The notes beneath the pieces were generated by a model. The model did no database searches and was not told the DNA's origin. It worked only from the letters and a program-made list of their open reading frames with translations. DNA of 64,000 bases from Camelus dromedarius (taxonomy: Eukaryota). The stretch covers positions 77,378,001 through 77,442,000 of the forward strand of contig NC_087437.1 of assembly GCF_036321535.1 (NCBI RefSeq), read 5' to 3'. Numbering within the stretch: the stretch's first letter is position 1; the number at the start of each line of letters is the position of its first letter. Made by a program: the position numbers and the translations under genes. Positions 63,174 through 64,000 of this stretch are shown in pieces.

Positions 63174-63224
63174 TAATAGTGTGAGATTTGGTGCCCATTT
63201 TAGATTAAATAATTGGAAAACAGT

Positions 63225-64000
63225 TGTGATATTGAGGTTTATAGTAAATGTATTTTTGGTCTTTGCCCTATCTTGGCACACAATTCCCAAAATTCTTGGA
63301 ATTTCCCAAGTGATAAGAGCAATTAAGAGGTCTTTCGCTATTTACAACAAGTTCCTTTCAACCACACTGTATTTATGTTATTGAGGAGATTTTTGGAAAG
63401 TCCTGAAGGATGGGGGCTGATTGCCAGGGGAGCCAACCTAGTGATTACAAGTGATTAATCAGCTTCACCCCACACCCCAGGCTCACCTACAGGAGGGGAC
63501 TTGGGATAGAGAGTAACTTAATTACCGATGGCCAAGGATGTCATCGGCCATGCCTATGTGTTGAAGCCTCCATTAAAAACCCCCAAAGGATGAAGTTCAG
63601 AGAGCTCTGTGTTGATGAACAAGTGTGGCACACCCCAAACTCCACAGGGACAGAAGCTCCTGTACTCAAGATACTTCTGGTCCTCACTCTGGGTATTTCT
63701 TCATCTGACTGTTTATTGATGTCTTTTGATATCCTTTGTGATAATAACTAGGTAATTCAATAAGTAAACAATTTCCCTGAGTTCTGTGAGCTGTTCTAGC
63801 AAAGCAATCAAACCTGAGGAGGGGGCGTCATGGGAACTGATGTCTATCCAGTAAGTCAGGAGCATGGGTAACAACCTAGATTTGTGATTGGTGTCTGAAG
63901 GGGCAGTCTAATGGACTGAGTCTCTGATCTGTGAGGTCCGATGCTAACTCCAGGTGTATAGTGTCAGAACTGAATTGAATTGTAAGACAGACAGTTGATG
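63225..64000 (+). mobile_element. MER21B/C-like ERV LTR, runs off the window end
   Basis: tgtgatattg...ttggtctttgccc...ttggaatttcccaagtgataagag...ccccaaactccacagggacagaagctcctg...ttccctgagttctgtgagc...gtgtcagaactgaattgaattg. Confidence 0.85.

Noticed and set aside
1..64000. CRISPR arrays, prokaryotic operons or defence systems, CpG-island promoter, ERV internal gag/pol/env
   Set aside because: The sequence is mammalian. I saw no regularly spaced repeat-spacer array, gene-dense block, CpG island or retroviral coding region; the LTRs are solo or fragmentary.

Overview
AT-rich, CpG-poor mammalian genomic DNA that appears intronic or intergenic. I found no recognisable host protein-coding gene, CpG island, RNA gene or CRISPR array. 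The window is dominated by decayed transposable elements: L1 of several ages, L2, L3/CR1, MIR, MaLR/ERVL LTRs, hAT MITEs (MER5, MER20, MER58) and a Tigger1 end, plus microsatellites. Two tRNA-Ala-derived SINEs resemble the camelid vic-1 family, so the host is probably a camel, alpaca or llama (inference). The only protein-like ORFs in the track are broken L1 ORF2 fragments. The best-supported structural observations are two twin-primed (5'-inverted) L1 insertions with intact target-site duplications (TSDs), a ~1 kb L1 that keeps both ends and a TSD but lacks almost all coding sequence, an L1 without a TSD that may mark a deletion, and a 93-bp tandem duplication. A few candidate regulatory clusters and exon-like segments are speculative. 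I found no convincing novel biological system. Repeat family names come from recalled consensus sequences, not a database search, and boundaries of old repeats are approximate.
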